The notes: generated by a model not told the origin, from the letters alone. A stretch of DNA of 32,000 nt from Candidatus Syntropharchaeum caldarium (GCA_001766815.1 LYOS01000004.1:73610-105609); one strand, 5' to 3'. Shown: positions 16,031 through 24,436, numbered from the stretch's first letter. Made by a program: numbers and translations.

Positions 16031-16867
16031 TTAAAAAAGCTGTTTTGATCTATATGTGGATAGATATTCGAATATCGAATCAAAGATCGCTCTGCCATCT
16101 CCATACTCCTTCAATTCACCCCGCTTTACCATTGGATCATTGCAGGCGTTGAAGACCCGTTCAGGGTGTGGCATCATGCCAAATACATTTCCTTTCGGGT
16201 TTGAAATCGCCGCGATATCCTCCACAGAACCATTCGGATTCCACGGGTGTGTGGCATCTCCTCCGTCGGGGTTAACATATCGGAATATGATCTGGTTGTT
16301 ATTCCTCATCTTTTCCAGATATTCCTTCTGAAACTCTTCTGGAAATACGACCTTTCCCTCTGCATGAGCTGACGGAATCCGCAATATAGCGCCCTTCTTG
16401 ATCCTGGATGTGAAAGGAGAGGTACCTTCCTCAAGCTCATGCCGCAAAAAGCTCAGTCTGCACTCAAATCTATTTGAATCATTGATATGAAGTGCCATCT
16501 GCGGTTCGTCGGAGATCAGGTCATCAAACCCTGGTAGAAGCCCAAGTTCAACAAGCACCTGAAAACCATTGCATACCCCTCCGATGAGTCCGCCTCCATC
16601 AAGAAAGTTCAGGATACTTTCGCGCAGCTTGCATTTCATCCTTGCGGCAAAGATTGCGCCTGCACGCACATAATCCCCACTTGAAAAGCCGCCTGGTATC
16701 ATCAAGCAGTCGTAATCTTCCAGCGCCCTTCTCGGTAGTGCATCACCTGTAAGCTGTTTGAGGTGAACCAGCTCAGGATCCATACCCGCACCTTTAAAAG
16801 CAGAAAACATCTCTGCCTCGCAATTTGTACCCTCAATTCTCAGGATACATACCCGTAACGTTTTCAT
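16031..16867 (-). CDS. purQ: Phosphoribosylformylglycinamidine synthase subunit I (glutaminase)
   Basis: RIEGTNCEAEM and PGGFSSGDY are present. The triad residues are in GVCNGFQVL (Cys) and MPHPER (His/Glu). Confidence 0.9.
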   Translation of the reverse strand: MKTLRVCILRIEGTNCEAEMFSAFKGAGMDPELVHLKQLTGDALPRRALEDYDCLMIPGGFSSGDYVRAGAIFAARMKCKLRESILNFLDGGGLIGGVCNGFQVLVELGLLPGFDDLISDEPQMALHINDSNRFECRLSFLRHELEEGTSPFTSRIKKGAILRIPSAHAEGKVVFPEEFQKEYLEKMRNNNQIIFRYVNPDGGDATHPWNPNGSVEDIAAISNPKGNVFGMMPHPERVFNACNDPMVKRGELKEYGDGRAIFDSIFEYLSTYRSKQLF

Positions 16868-17005
16868 CCATCAGAACTATGCTTAAGGGTTTATAATATC
16901 ATGCATAAAAAGCCGACAATCGCAGAATAAATCAGAAGGTATTTAACTAAACGATACTTACACTTACAGGAGCACAGCAACCAGATCCGGTGGAGGTTCC
17001 CGGTT

Positions 17006-17896
17006 ATGGGTGATTATGAGAATAATATCAGCGATATCACGTGGGATGAAACACAGCTTCGAAAGATACAGTCACACCCCTGTTTCAGCAAGAATGCGAT
17101 GCACCTCTTTGGGCGGATACATCTGCCCGTCGCGCCTCACTGCAATATCCAGTGTAACTACTGTATTCGAAGGTTTGACTGTGTAAACGAGTCGCGTCCA
17201 GGTGTTACAAGCCAGGTTCTAACTCCAGAGGAGGCGGTCTTGCGAGTCAGGGATGTAATCAAAGAGCATCACTACATCAAAGTCGTTGGCGTTGCAGGAC
17301 CTGGTGAGCCGCTCTTCAATGAGGAGACGTTTGAGACTTTCAGACTTGTTGGCAAGGAATTTCCGAAGCTTCTGCTATGCGTGAGCACAAACGGGCTCCT
17401 CCTCCCTGCAAGAATCGATGATCTTGATGCGCTTGGTGTTACAACAATTACTGTCACGATGAACGCCGTTGATCCTGCAATCGGCGAGAAGATCTATACA
17501 TTTGTTGAGTATGAGGGAGAGCGATACACAGGAAGAGAAGCGGCAACACTCCTTCTTCAAAAACAGCTTGAAGGGATAGAAGCTGCTCTGCAAAGAAAGA
17601 TCATCGTGAAGGTCAATTCAGTATTGATCCCTGGTGTGAATGATACACATATCAGCGAGATCGCAAAGAAGATTGGTGAGATGGGGGTATTCCTGCAGAA
17701 CATCATTCCGCTCATACCCCAGTATAAATTCAAGGATATCCCTGCACCCACACCTGAAGAGAAACGAAAGATTCAGGATGAATGTAAACCTTATGTTAAA
17801 CAGATGACACATTGCAGGCAGTGCAGGGCTGATGCGGCGGGAAAACTTGGGAAGGACATTAAAACTTGTTTATCTCGCACACCGCCGTCTCTTTGA
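17006..17896 (+). CDS. nifB: NifB-type radical SAM protein (stand-alone SAM domain, no NifX-like extension)
   Basis: HPCFS, HLPVAPHCNIQCNYCIRRFDCVNESRPGV, GPGEPL and CRQCRADAAG are present. GGTGGAGGT lies upstream of the ATG. The 3' end overlaps pheS by 38 nt (convergent). Confidence 0.85.
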   Translation: MGDYENNISDITWDETQLRKIQSHPCFSKNAMHLFGRIHLPVAPHCNIQCNYCIRRFDCVNESRPGVTSQVLTPEEAVLRVRDVIKEHHYIKVVGVAGPGEPLFNEETFETFRLVGKEFPKLLLCVSTNGLLLPARIDDLDALGVTTITVTMNAVDPAIGEKIYTFVEYEGERYTGREAATLLLQKQLEGIEAALQRKIIVKVNSVLIPGVNDTHISEIAKKIGEMGVFLQNIIPLIPQYKFKDIPAPTPEEKRKIQDECKPYVKQMTHCRQCRADAAGKLGKDIKTCLSRTPPSL

Positions 17897-19361
17897 GCCA
17901 GCGTATATCAGAATGGTATAACTTTCTGAGATCATCAAGCCCAAGAATGATCATCGCGAGCCGCGATATTCCAAGTCCCCATGCAAGCACCGGTACATCG
18001 ATCCCGAACGGTTTTGTAACCTCTTCTCTGAAGACACCCGCACCTCCAAGCTCGATCCACCCCCTACCTTCCACATAAACCTCTGCCTCAACAGATGGTT
18101 CGGTGTAAGGGAAGTAACCCGGTCTGAACCTGACATCCTCAAAACCCATAAGGTGGTAGAACGTGGAGAGGCAGCCCAGAAGATTTGCAAACGATACGCC
18201 TTCATCCATCACGATCCCTTCAAGCTGTTCAAACTCAGGCGTGTGCGTTGCATCCATCGTCTCTCTTCGATAAACCCGATCGATACAGAAAACCTTTGCA
18301 GGCGGCTCTGGGTGATCTGCGAGGTATTTTATTGTGATCGAGGTTGTATGGGTTCTCAAAACTTTCTGTTTTGCAACCTCCTCCTGCCAAACTCCACCCC
18401 AGCCCTTTGAACCCGTATCACCACCGTTCTCATGGACTGCTTTCACCTTCTCAACGAACTTTTCAGGAAGCTCAGCCTTCAGATCAAGATAAAATGTATC
18501 CTGCATCTCCCGTGCTGGATGATCCTGTGGCTGGAAGAGGGCATCAAAGTTCCAGAACGAACTCTGGATAATCTCACCCTTGATCTCGACAAAACCCATC
18601 TCGATGAATGTTCTTCGTATCCTATCAAGTATCCGCTGGTAGGGATGAATCTTTGCAGGATAAATCCTTTTTGCGCTGACAGAGATATCATAGGGTAGAA
18701 TAAAGCCATCCCGCCACCCCCCATTTCTGATAAGCTCAGGTGTAATCCGCGTAATCTCCTTAACCTCACGTTCAATCAGATCACGGTTCTGTTCTGCCCA
18801 TGCAATACCTTTCGCTGTTATCGAGATACGCCGCCTTCGGTGTGGTTCTATCTCAATAAGCCCACGATTCTTCAGGATCTCGATCTCACTTTTTGCATGA
18901 GTTAACTCATCGGATGTTGGATCAGCGGTATTTATCAGTTCGAGAATGCGTTCATCCACTCCCTTCTCAACATCACCCTCTGCCACAAGGACACCTTTAT
19001 CGATCTTTGCCCACTTCTTCTTCTTTAGCCACCCAAGTGCGATACCCGCAAGCTCAGGTGAAAAAACATCTCTGATCGTTTTTATCGGTGTACTACCTTC
19101 TTTTAGTAAATATTCAAGAATCTGACGCTCGGGCAATCCTTTTTCTAAATATAGCTTACCCTCCTCGGTCAACAGGTATCTATCCCACTTATGTTCATTT
19201 ACCTCAAGAAAACCTTTCTCTTCGAGTAAGATCACAGATCTCAACGTCTGTTCCCGCATGAGTGGCGAGAGCTCCAGGAGTTCATCTTCGAAAAGAGAAT
19301 TTGAATCAATAAAAATCTTTAAAATTGTCCGCTCACGTGATGTTAGTCTCTCGTCTGCCAT
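17859..19361 (-). CDS. pheS: Phenylalanine--tRNA ligase alpha subunit
   Basis: 500 aa from MADERL. N-terminal winged-helix repeats precede a class II core (FRPGYFPYTEPS, GAGVFREEV, AWGLGISRLAM). The 557-aa ORF in the track is trimmed here because its first 57 codons run across two tRNA genes. Confidence 0.92.
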   Translation of the reverse strand: MADERLTSRERTILKIFIDSNSLFEDELLELSPLMREQTLRSVILLEEKGFLEVNEHKWDRYLLTEEGKLYLEKGLPERQILEYLLKEGSTPIKTIRDVFSPELAGIALGWLKKKKWAKIDKGVLVAEGDVEKGVDERILELINTADPTSDELTHAKSEIEILKNRGLIEIEPHRRRRISITAKGIAWAEQNRDLIEREVKEITRITPELIRNGGWRDGFILPYDISVSAKRIYPAKIHPYQRILDRIRRTFIEMGFVEIKGEIIQSSFWNFDALFQPQDHPAREMQDTFYLDLKAELPEKFVEKVKAVHENGGDTGSKGWGGVWQEEVAKQKVLRTHTTSITIKYLADHPEPPAKVFCIDRVYRRETMDATHTPEFEQLEGIVMDEGVSFANLLGCLSTFYHLMGFEDVRFRPGYFPYTEPSVEAEVYVEGRGWIELGGAGVFREEVTKPFGIDVPVLAWGLGISRLAMIILGLDDLRKLYHSDIRWLKETAVCEINKF

Positions 19362-19363
19362 TA

Positions 19364-19436
19364 TGCCCGGACCCGGACTTGAACCGGGGACATCCAGATC
19401 TTCAGTCTGGCGCTCTCCCAACTGAGCTACCCGGGC
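19364..19436 (-). tRNA. tRNA-Phe (GAA)
   Basis: Hand-folded. The acceptor stem is GCCCGGG/UCCGGGC with A73. The D stem is GCUC/GAGC. The anticodon arm is CCAGA-CUGAAGA-UCUGG. The T arm is CCCGG-UUCAAGU-CCGGG. No CCA is encoded. Confidence 0.92.
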
Positions 19437-19446
19437 GACCATGAAG

Positions 19447-19519
19447 TGGGCCCGATGCGATTCGAACGCATGATCCTCGCCGTGTAAGGGCGATGTCATA
19501 ACCCCTAGACCACGGGCCC
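19447..19519 (-). tRNA. tRNA-Val (UAC)
   Basis: Hand-folded. The acceptor stem is GGGCCCG/CGGGCCC with A73. The anticodon arm is UCGCC-CUUACAC-GGCGA. The T arm is AUGCG-UUCGAAU-CGCAU. It ends 10 nt upstream of tRNA-Phe. Confidence 0.9.
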
Positions 19520-19547
19520 GCTCTCCACGCATCTATCAGCCGTATCA

Positions 19548-19562
19548 GATATTAATCTTTCG
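19548..19562 (-). promoter_or_regulatory. Candidate BRE/TATA promoter of the tRNA-Val/tRNA-Phe/pheS unit
   Basis: The minus strand reads CGAAAGATTAATATC, centred about 33 nt upstream of the tRNA-Val 5' end. It shares the AAAGATTwAA core with the other tRNA promoters. Confidence 0.4.
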
Positions 19563-19576
19563 AAAGATGATTGAGA

Positions 19577-19651
19577 CGGACGTGACGGGATTTGAACCCG
19601 CGATTTGCAGCTTAGGAGGCTGCCGCCCTATCCAGACTAGGCCACACGCCC
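19577..19651 (-). tRNA. tRNA-Arg (CCU)
   Basis: Hand-folded. The acceptor stem is GGGCGUG/CACGUCC (with a G3:U70 wobble) and discriminator G73. The D stem is GCCU/GGGC. The anticodon arm is GCAGC-CUCCUAA-GCUGC. The T arm is GCGGG-UUCAAAU-CCCGU. Confidence 0.88.
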
Positions 19652-19673
19652 ACCACAGTTGATGGTTCGATCA

Positions 19674-19688
19674 CTCTTAAATCTTTTC
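19674..19688 (-). promoter_or_regulatory. Candidate BRE/TATA promoter of tRNA-Arg
   Basis: The minus strand reads GAAAAGATTTAAGAG, centred about 28 nt upstream of the tRNA-Arg 5' end. Confidence 0.45.
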
Positions 19689-19763
19689 ATCCAATGAAGC
19701 ACGCATCCCAACTCTTATATATCTGAATGAAAAAAAATAGTTGGTATTGAAGACGTGTAAACA

Positions 19764-20333
19764 ATGGAAGAACTGATCAAGTACGGCCGTAAAATGGTTA
19801 TATCCGGGCTTGTTGACTCTCATTTTGGAAATGTCAGCAAGCGCATCGGGGATCGGATGCAGATTAGCACAACAGGGAGTATGCTCGATGAGCTTGAGGG
19901 TGAGATCATATCTGTACCGATCGATCCGTCTATCCCTGATGAGATGGATGTGATCGCATCGAGCGAGGTGAACCTGCACAGAAAAGTCTATGAGAAGACA
20001 TCGGCCCTTGCGATACTGCATGGACACTCAAGGTATGCGGTCGCACTCTCGATGATCTATGGCAAAGGAAACCTGATCGTTCCTGAGGATTCTGAGAGTC
20101 TATATCTCCTGCACGAGATTCCTGTTGTTGGTGGCGGTGTTGGCTCAGATGAGCTTGCAGAGGCAGTTGCCGATGCACTCAAGGATCATAAAGCTGCTAT
20201 CGCAGAAGGACATGGGACATTTGCGCGGGGTTCAACCGTTGATGAGGCTTTTGTTATTCTCTCATCTGTTGAACATGCCTGCTGTGTCAAGTACCTTGTA
20301 GATACTGGAAAGAAAGGGCCTGCAGGTTTTTAG
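19764..20333 (+). CDS. Class II aldolase/adducin-family protein (L-fuculose-phosphate aldolase-like)
   Basis: 189 aa. GLVDSHFGNVSKRIGDRMQISTTGS, SSEVNLHRKVY, LHGHS and GHGTFARG are present. A TATA-like CTTATATATC lies about 45 nt upstream. Confidence 0.75.
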   Translation: MEELIKYGRKMVISGLVDSHFGNVSKRIGDRMQISTTGSMLDELEGEIISVPIDPSIPDEMDVIASSEVNLHRKVYEKTSALAILHGHSRYAVALSMIYGKGNLIVPEDSESLYLLHEIPVVGGGVGSDELAEAVADALKDHKAAIAEGHGTFARGSTVDEAFVILSSVEHACCVKYLVDTGKKGPAGF

Positions 20334-20435
20334 CTTGACTGAAACACACCTCTGACCGCTTAAACTTTTCATCTATCTTTTTCTCATTCGATAAACCCCC
20401 TCTTTTTTAGATAGAATCCAGATACCTGTTAACCG

Positions 20436-22700
20436 TTAATCTCCCAGCCCATAGTAACAGATAATCACAGCAACAGCTGTCTCTTTACTGATCAAACCAC
20501 CAAGGTAGTCTTCTATAGCCTGACTCACTTCATCTTTCTGGATTCCTGGGGTCCCATTTGTATCGTATGTCTCACAGGAAGCAGTATCTATCTTTATCGT
20601 TACATTTCTAACGGTCTCAAAATTTGAATTATTGTCAACCGAGTAGTACCATAACGTCGTCACCCCTTCATCCATCACGGTTATGTTAAATTTGCTCTCA
20701 CCAACATCCGTCACATTTCCTGCATCAGTACCTGTGGCTGCAGTAAGATTTATCGTTGTCCACGGACCCGTTGCCGATATCTTAGAATAATTGGTATAGC
20801 TAATACCAGAGCCACCATCACCGCGAAAGAATGTCACCACCACCGGAGTAACATTGTTCCAGCCAGACTCAGCTGGGGTTGGGCTAATAGTATATGTGGT
20901 TGTGGGAGGGGTGGAGTCTTCTACCTGACTCAGTTCAAAGTTAACAGTATTATCACCTTCTACTATCGCCACCTGCTTTGAACACGCTTCGTAGCCATCT
21001 GCTGTACAGGTTATTGTGTAATTACCGGTTGGCACATCCTCTATCGTGTAGTTTCCATTACCATCTGTATCAGCACTTCTCCCAGTTCCTACAATGGTTA
21101 TGGTCGCATTTTGGATTGGAGAGAAGGAGAGAGTTGTGACTGTGCCTGAGATGTTACCCAGAGAGGGTGGTGTTGACGACTCTTCTATCGTAAATGTCTC
21201 GTCAGACCACTCCGAATTACTGAATTGAATGTAACCAGATGAATTTGCCTCTTCTGTCATGTAGTCAACATCATTTCTTTTGATCAGGTAATGGTAATTT
21301 GGTTTCAAACCCCAGACAGTGAAAACCACGTTGTTCCCATCAGTCGTGTTGGCTGTGAAATTGACCAGGATATTCCCCTGTGGTAGTGATGTGTTGAACT
21401 TGTTGACTGTTACTGTGGCGTAATCTGATGCTGGAACTGCGGTCATGTTGTAGACTGTAACGCTTACCAGCACACCTCCTTCTCCAACTCCCTCTGTCAC
21501 TATTGAATAATTGCTTTTTTCAGGCCAGTAACGAGGTGAAATAACTGTATAATTTCCATTATGCCATGTTACAACAGTCTCAAATATTCTCCCATCAGCA
21601 TACTCAATTTTACCATTTCCGCCATATCCAGTCTGAAGCACAAAAGAATCGTTTTTTTCATTTCTGATAGTTCCGTTTCCCTCATCAATCCTATAATAGT
21701 TACTAACTTGATTATCATCAAAAGTTATGTTATCACCAACCATCTGAACCCCGGCTGTGTTGTTATAAAATAAATTCCTTTTCCATGTTACGTTATTCCC
21801 CTTTGCAAGCACGGCTCTTTCATCGCAATTGTATATTGTATTGTTGGTATAAACAATGTCATTCCACAGATGCTCGGTCTGTATTCCCTTCCATGCATCG
21901 TGTATGATGTTGTTTTTTATAACAAGCCCCCCTGTTCTGTTAGTACCCGTGTGGATGTATATTGCAACATTTGGAGTATAATATATCGTATTGTTTGATA
22001 TTTCAATGTAACCATAGCTATACCTGTGAATATCTATTAATCCATGATTTGGAGAGTTATAAATGGTGCAGTTTTTAATTATTATGTCTTTAGTAGAATA
22101 GTCTTCTGAACCCGCTGTCATTACTGAGTTCCAGCCTGTGTTGTGAATCGTGCTGTCAATTATTGAGCAGTTTGTTGATTCACTAAATGATATGCCTATA
22201 TCTGACGTGTTTGATATTGTCATATCTTTTAGGTGTATATTGTTTGATCTGCGTACCAATATTGCTTCATACTTTGTCGTATTGCGAATCGCAATACCAC
22301 TTATGTTTATAAATTCGTAACCTCCAAGCACACTCCCAACAGAAACGCTTGAATCTCCACCGTCCATGGTCGGCGTCCCGTTATATGCAGTCAAGGTAAT
22401 CGGGTGCGTGTCATTTCCAGAATTAGCAAAAACAACATGCTCATCATACCACACTCCATCAAACAGGTAGATCGTGTCACCTGCTACTGCCTGTTGAGCT
22501 GCATACGATATATTTTGCCATGGGTGTGTAAAGTTTCCTGAGCTGCTATTGTTTCCCCATGTTGCTACATAGTAATCGGTTGCTTCTACCGCTCCTACAC
22601 CAGCAAACAATAGCAGGAAATAAATAATAACTAAAGTTACGAACAATATCTGCGCATCGGTCTCCTTAAATCCCACATCTTTGATTCCTCTCGCTTTCAC
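20436..22700 (-). CDS. Secreted/anchored surface glycoprotein: right-handed beta-helix (PbH1) repeats, a carboxypeptidase-regulatory-like domain, an Ig-like domain and a C-terminal dockerin/EF-hand-like tail
   Basis: 754 aa. An N-terminal hydrophobic segment is ILFVTLVIIYFLLLFAGVGAV. Repeated beta-helix rungs carry I.N.TI.N / N..I..N motifs. The regulatory-like domain reads GNISGTV...DTDGNGNYTIEDVPTGNYTITCTADGYE. The tail reads DTNGTPGIQKDEVSQAIEDYLGG. I hand-counted about 38 N-x-S/T sequons. The GTG start is uncertain. Confidence 0.7.
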   Translation of the reverse strand: MKARGIKDVGFKETDAQILFVTLVIIYFLLLFAGVGAVEATDYYVATWGNNSSSGNFTHPWQNISYAAQQAVAGDTIYLFDGVWYDEHVVFANSGNDTHPITLTAYNGTPTMDGGDSSVSVGSVLGGYEFINISGIAIRNTTKYEAILVRRSNNIHLKDMTISNTSDIGISFSESTNCSIIDSTIHNTGWNSVMTAGSEDYSTKDIIIKNCTIYNSPNHGLIDIHRYSYGYIEISNNTIYYTPNVAIYIHTGTNRTGGLVIKNNIIHDAWKGIQTEHLWNDIVYTNNTIYNCDERAVLAKGNNVTWKRNLFYNNTAGVQMVGDNITFDDNQVSNYYRIDEGNGTIRNEKNDSFVLQTGYGGNGKIEYADGRIFETVVTWHNGNYTVISPRYWPEKSNYSIVTEGVGEGGVLVSVTVYNMTAVPASDYATVTVNKFNTSLPQGNILVNFTANTTDGNNVVFTVWGLKPNYHYLIKRNDVDYMTEEANSSGYIQFSNSEWSDETFTIEESSTPPSLGNISGTVTTLSFSPIQNATITIVGTGRSADTDGNGNYTIEDVPTGNYTITCTADGYEACSKQVAIVEGDNTVNFELSQVEDSTPPTTTYTISPTPAESGWNNVTPVVVTFFRGDGGSGISYTNYSKISATGPWTTINLTAATGTDAGNVTDVGESKFNITVMDEGVTTLWYYSVDNNSNFETVRNVTIKIDTASCETYDTNGTPGIQKDEVSQAIEDYLGGLISKETAVAVIICYYGLGD

Positions 22701-22884
22701 GATTCTATCTTTACAAATTTAATACTATAAAGCCTCTGCTAATTTGTGAATTATTTAATAGGTTGCTTAAACATTTATGATTACTATTGAAAAAGATCTA
22801 TAATATTTATATATCATAGCCAGAAACTGGTAAATTTTGTTTTACTATATCGAAAAATAGAAGAAAATAGGTAAAAAAATAGCG

Positions 22885-24414
22885 TTGTGCACATCATTTT
22901 TTTTGAGTGTCCTGAACATCACTGCTATATATTCCACTGAGCTAATTAATAACGCAGGTCATATTACGTATGAGGGGGATTATTCACACTTGAGCACTGT
23001 ACAAAGAGTTGCAAAGAACACGGGCATTGTCATACTCGGGGAGATTGTCTGCAAAATAATAGCTTTATTCACTGTTATATATCTTGCAAGGTATCTTCAA
23101 CCGGTTGAATTTGGTAAATACAGCTTTGTTTTTGCATATCTTGCTTTTTTTGGTGAAATAACTGATTTGGGTCTTAAAAAAATTCTTGTTCGAGAAATAG
23201 CCCGTGATGGGTCAATGACATCAAAGTTAATTGGAAATGCACGTATTATAAAATTATCATTAAGTACTTTTGCCATTACACTGGCGATAATTATAATATC
23301 TTTTATGTCATACCCATCAGACACAACAACTTATGTTTATATAGCATCATTCACGCTCTTGTTTATCTCTTTCAGTGATCTATACACCACAATATTCCAG
23401 GCGAACCTCCAGATGGAATATAGCATAATTGCAAGAGTGGTTTACAGGATTTTTTATGCAATTTTAATATTCTGGATTATTTTTTCACATGGCTCACTTA
23501 TGCAGGTCGTAGTTGCAATGGTGCTTTCCGAAGTGCTCAAATCATCGGTTAATTTTTTATTCTCCAGGAAATTCGTCAAACCAAAGTTCACCATTGATTT
23601 CAAACTATGTGGATATCTGCTGAAAGAATCATTACCACTCGCACTTCTGGGTTTTACATGGGTGATATATCACAAAACAGATATAATAATGCTTTCAATG
23701 CTGAGAGGTGATGCTTCAGTTGGCTTATATTCTGCGGCATTCCAATTAATTGAACCTTTGGGTTTCATCGGTTCAGCGCTCATGATATCTGTCTTTCCGT
23801 TAATGTCTAACTACTTTGTAAGTTCGAAAGAAAAATTAATCAAAAGTTATAAGTTTAGCGTTAAGTATCTTCTGATCATCGCTTTTCCGGTGGTTATAGG
23901 CATATCACTCCTCGCAGATAAAGTAATCTTTCTGGTTTACGGCCCCTCTTTTAGTGATTCAACCGCAGCGCTTCGGTTATTGATCTGGGCATTTATATTT
24001 ATTTCGACCAATTCAGTTTTGATGAATCTTCTGATTTCAATAAATCAGCAAAAATTAACTGCGCTGAGTGCAGGTATATGTGCTATTGTAAATGTGATCC
24101 TCAATCTAATCTTAATTCCACAATTAAGCTATACCGGGGCAGCGATTGCAACGGTAGTTACAAATGCTGTGCTTTTCATGTTAAATTTCTATTTTGTTTC
24201 TAAACATTTACTCGTACTTCCTGTGCATAAAATACTGGTAAAACCCGTGATTGGTGTACTGGTTATGGGTGGTTTTATTTACTGTCTTGAAAATCTAAGT
24301 CTGTTCCTGTTGGTTCCTCTATCGGCTGGAGTGTATTTAGTAATACTTTTGATTCTGAGAACCTTTTCAGATGAGGATTGGAATATGGTTAAGAAGCTGA
24401 TTAACAAGGGTTAA
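22885..24414 (+). CDS. Wzx-type oligo/polysaccharide flippase (MOP/PST family)
   Basis: Polytopic, with about 12-14 helices. The family-typical N-terminal VQRVAKNTGIVILGEIV is present. The likely true start is TTG 22990, which gives MSTVQRVAKNTG and has GAGGGGGAT upstream. The track start is TTG 22885. Confidence 0.75.
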   Translation: MCTSFFLSVLNITAIYSTELINNAGHITYEGDYSHLSTVQRVAKNTGIVILGEIVCKIIALFTVIYLARYLQPVEFGKYSFVFAYLAFFGEITDLGLKKILVREIARDGSMTSKLIGNARIIKLSLSTFAITLAIIIISFMSYPSDTTTYVYIASFTLLFISFSDLYTTIFQANLQMEYSIIARVVYRIFYAILIFWIIFSHGSLMQVVVAMVLSEVLKSSVNFLFSRKFVKPKFTIDFKLCGYLLKESLPLALLGFTWVIYHKTDIIMLSMLRGDASVGLYSAAFQLIEPLGFIGSALMISVFPLMSNYFVSSKEKLIKSYKFSVKYLLIIAFPVVIGISLLADKVIFLVYGPSFSDSTAALRLLIWAFIFISTNSVLMNLLISINQQKLTALSAGICAIVNVILNLILIPQLSYTGAAIATVVTNAVLFMLNFYFVSKHLLVLPVHKILVKPVIGVLVMGGFIYCLENLSLFLLVPLSAGVYLVILLILRTFSDEDWNMVKKLINKG

Positions 24415-24436
24415 TTGCTGATCTGTTTGCAAACAA

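Noticed and set aside
19362-19532. The N-terminal 57 codons of the 557-aa ORF given for 17859..19532 (MRGERARGLGVMTSPLHGEDHAFESH...)
   Set aside because: This stretch is a read-through translation of the tRNA-Phe and tRNA-Val genes on the same strand. Both fold as complete cloverleafs, and PheS homology begins at MADERL (ATG 19361).
19555-19568. The perfect 14-nt palindrome ATCTTTCGAAAGAT between tRNA-Arg and tRNA-Val
   Set aside because: As RNA it would have a 2-nt loop, so it is not a credible hairpin terminator. It is generated by the AAAGAT promoter core reading into its own complement. There is no independent evidence for an operator.
19677-20027. A 116-aa minus-strand ORF overlapping the aldolase start and the tRNA-Arg promoter region
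   Set aside because: It has no recognisable motifs. It overlaps a convincing class II aldolase gene on the opposite strand, and its 3' part covers the tRNA-Arg promoter region. It is likely spurious.
22854-22882. Three AAAATAG repeats spaced 10-12 nt apart upstream of the flippase gene
   Set aside because: These are probably just phased A-tracts in a very AT-rich divergent promoter region. They are too short and degenerate to call a binding-site array without comparative data.
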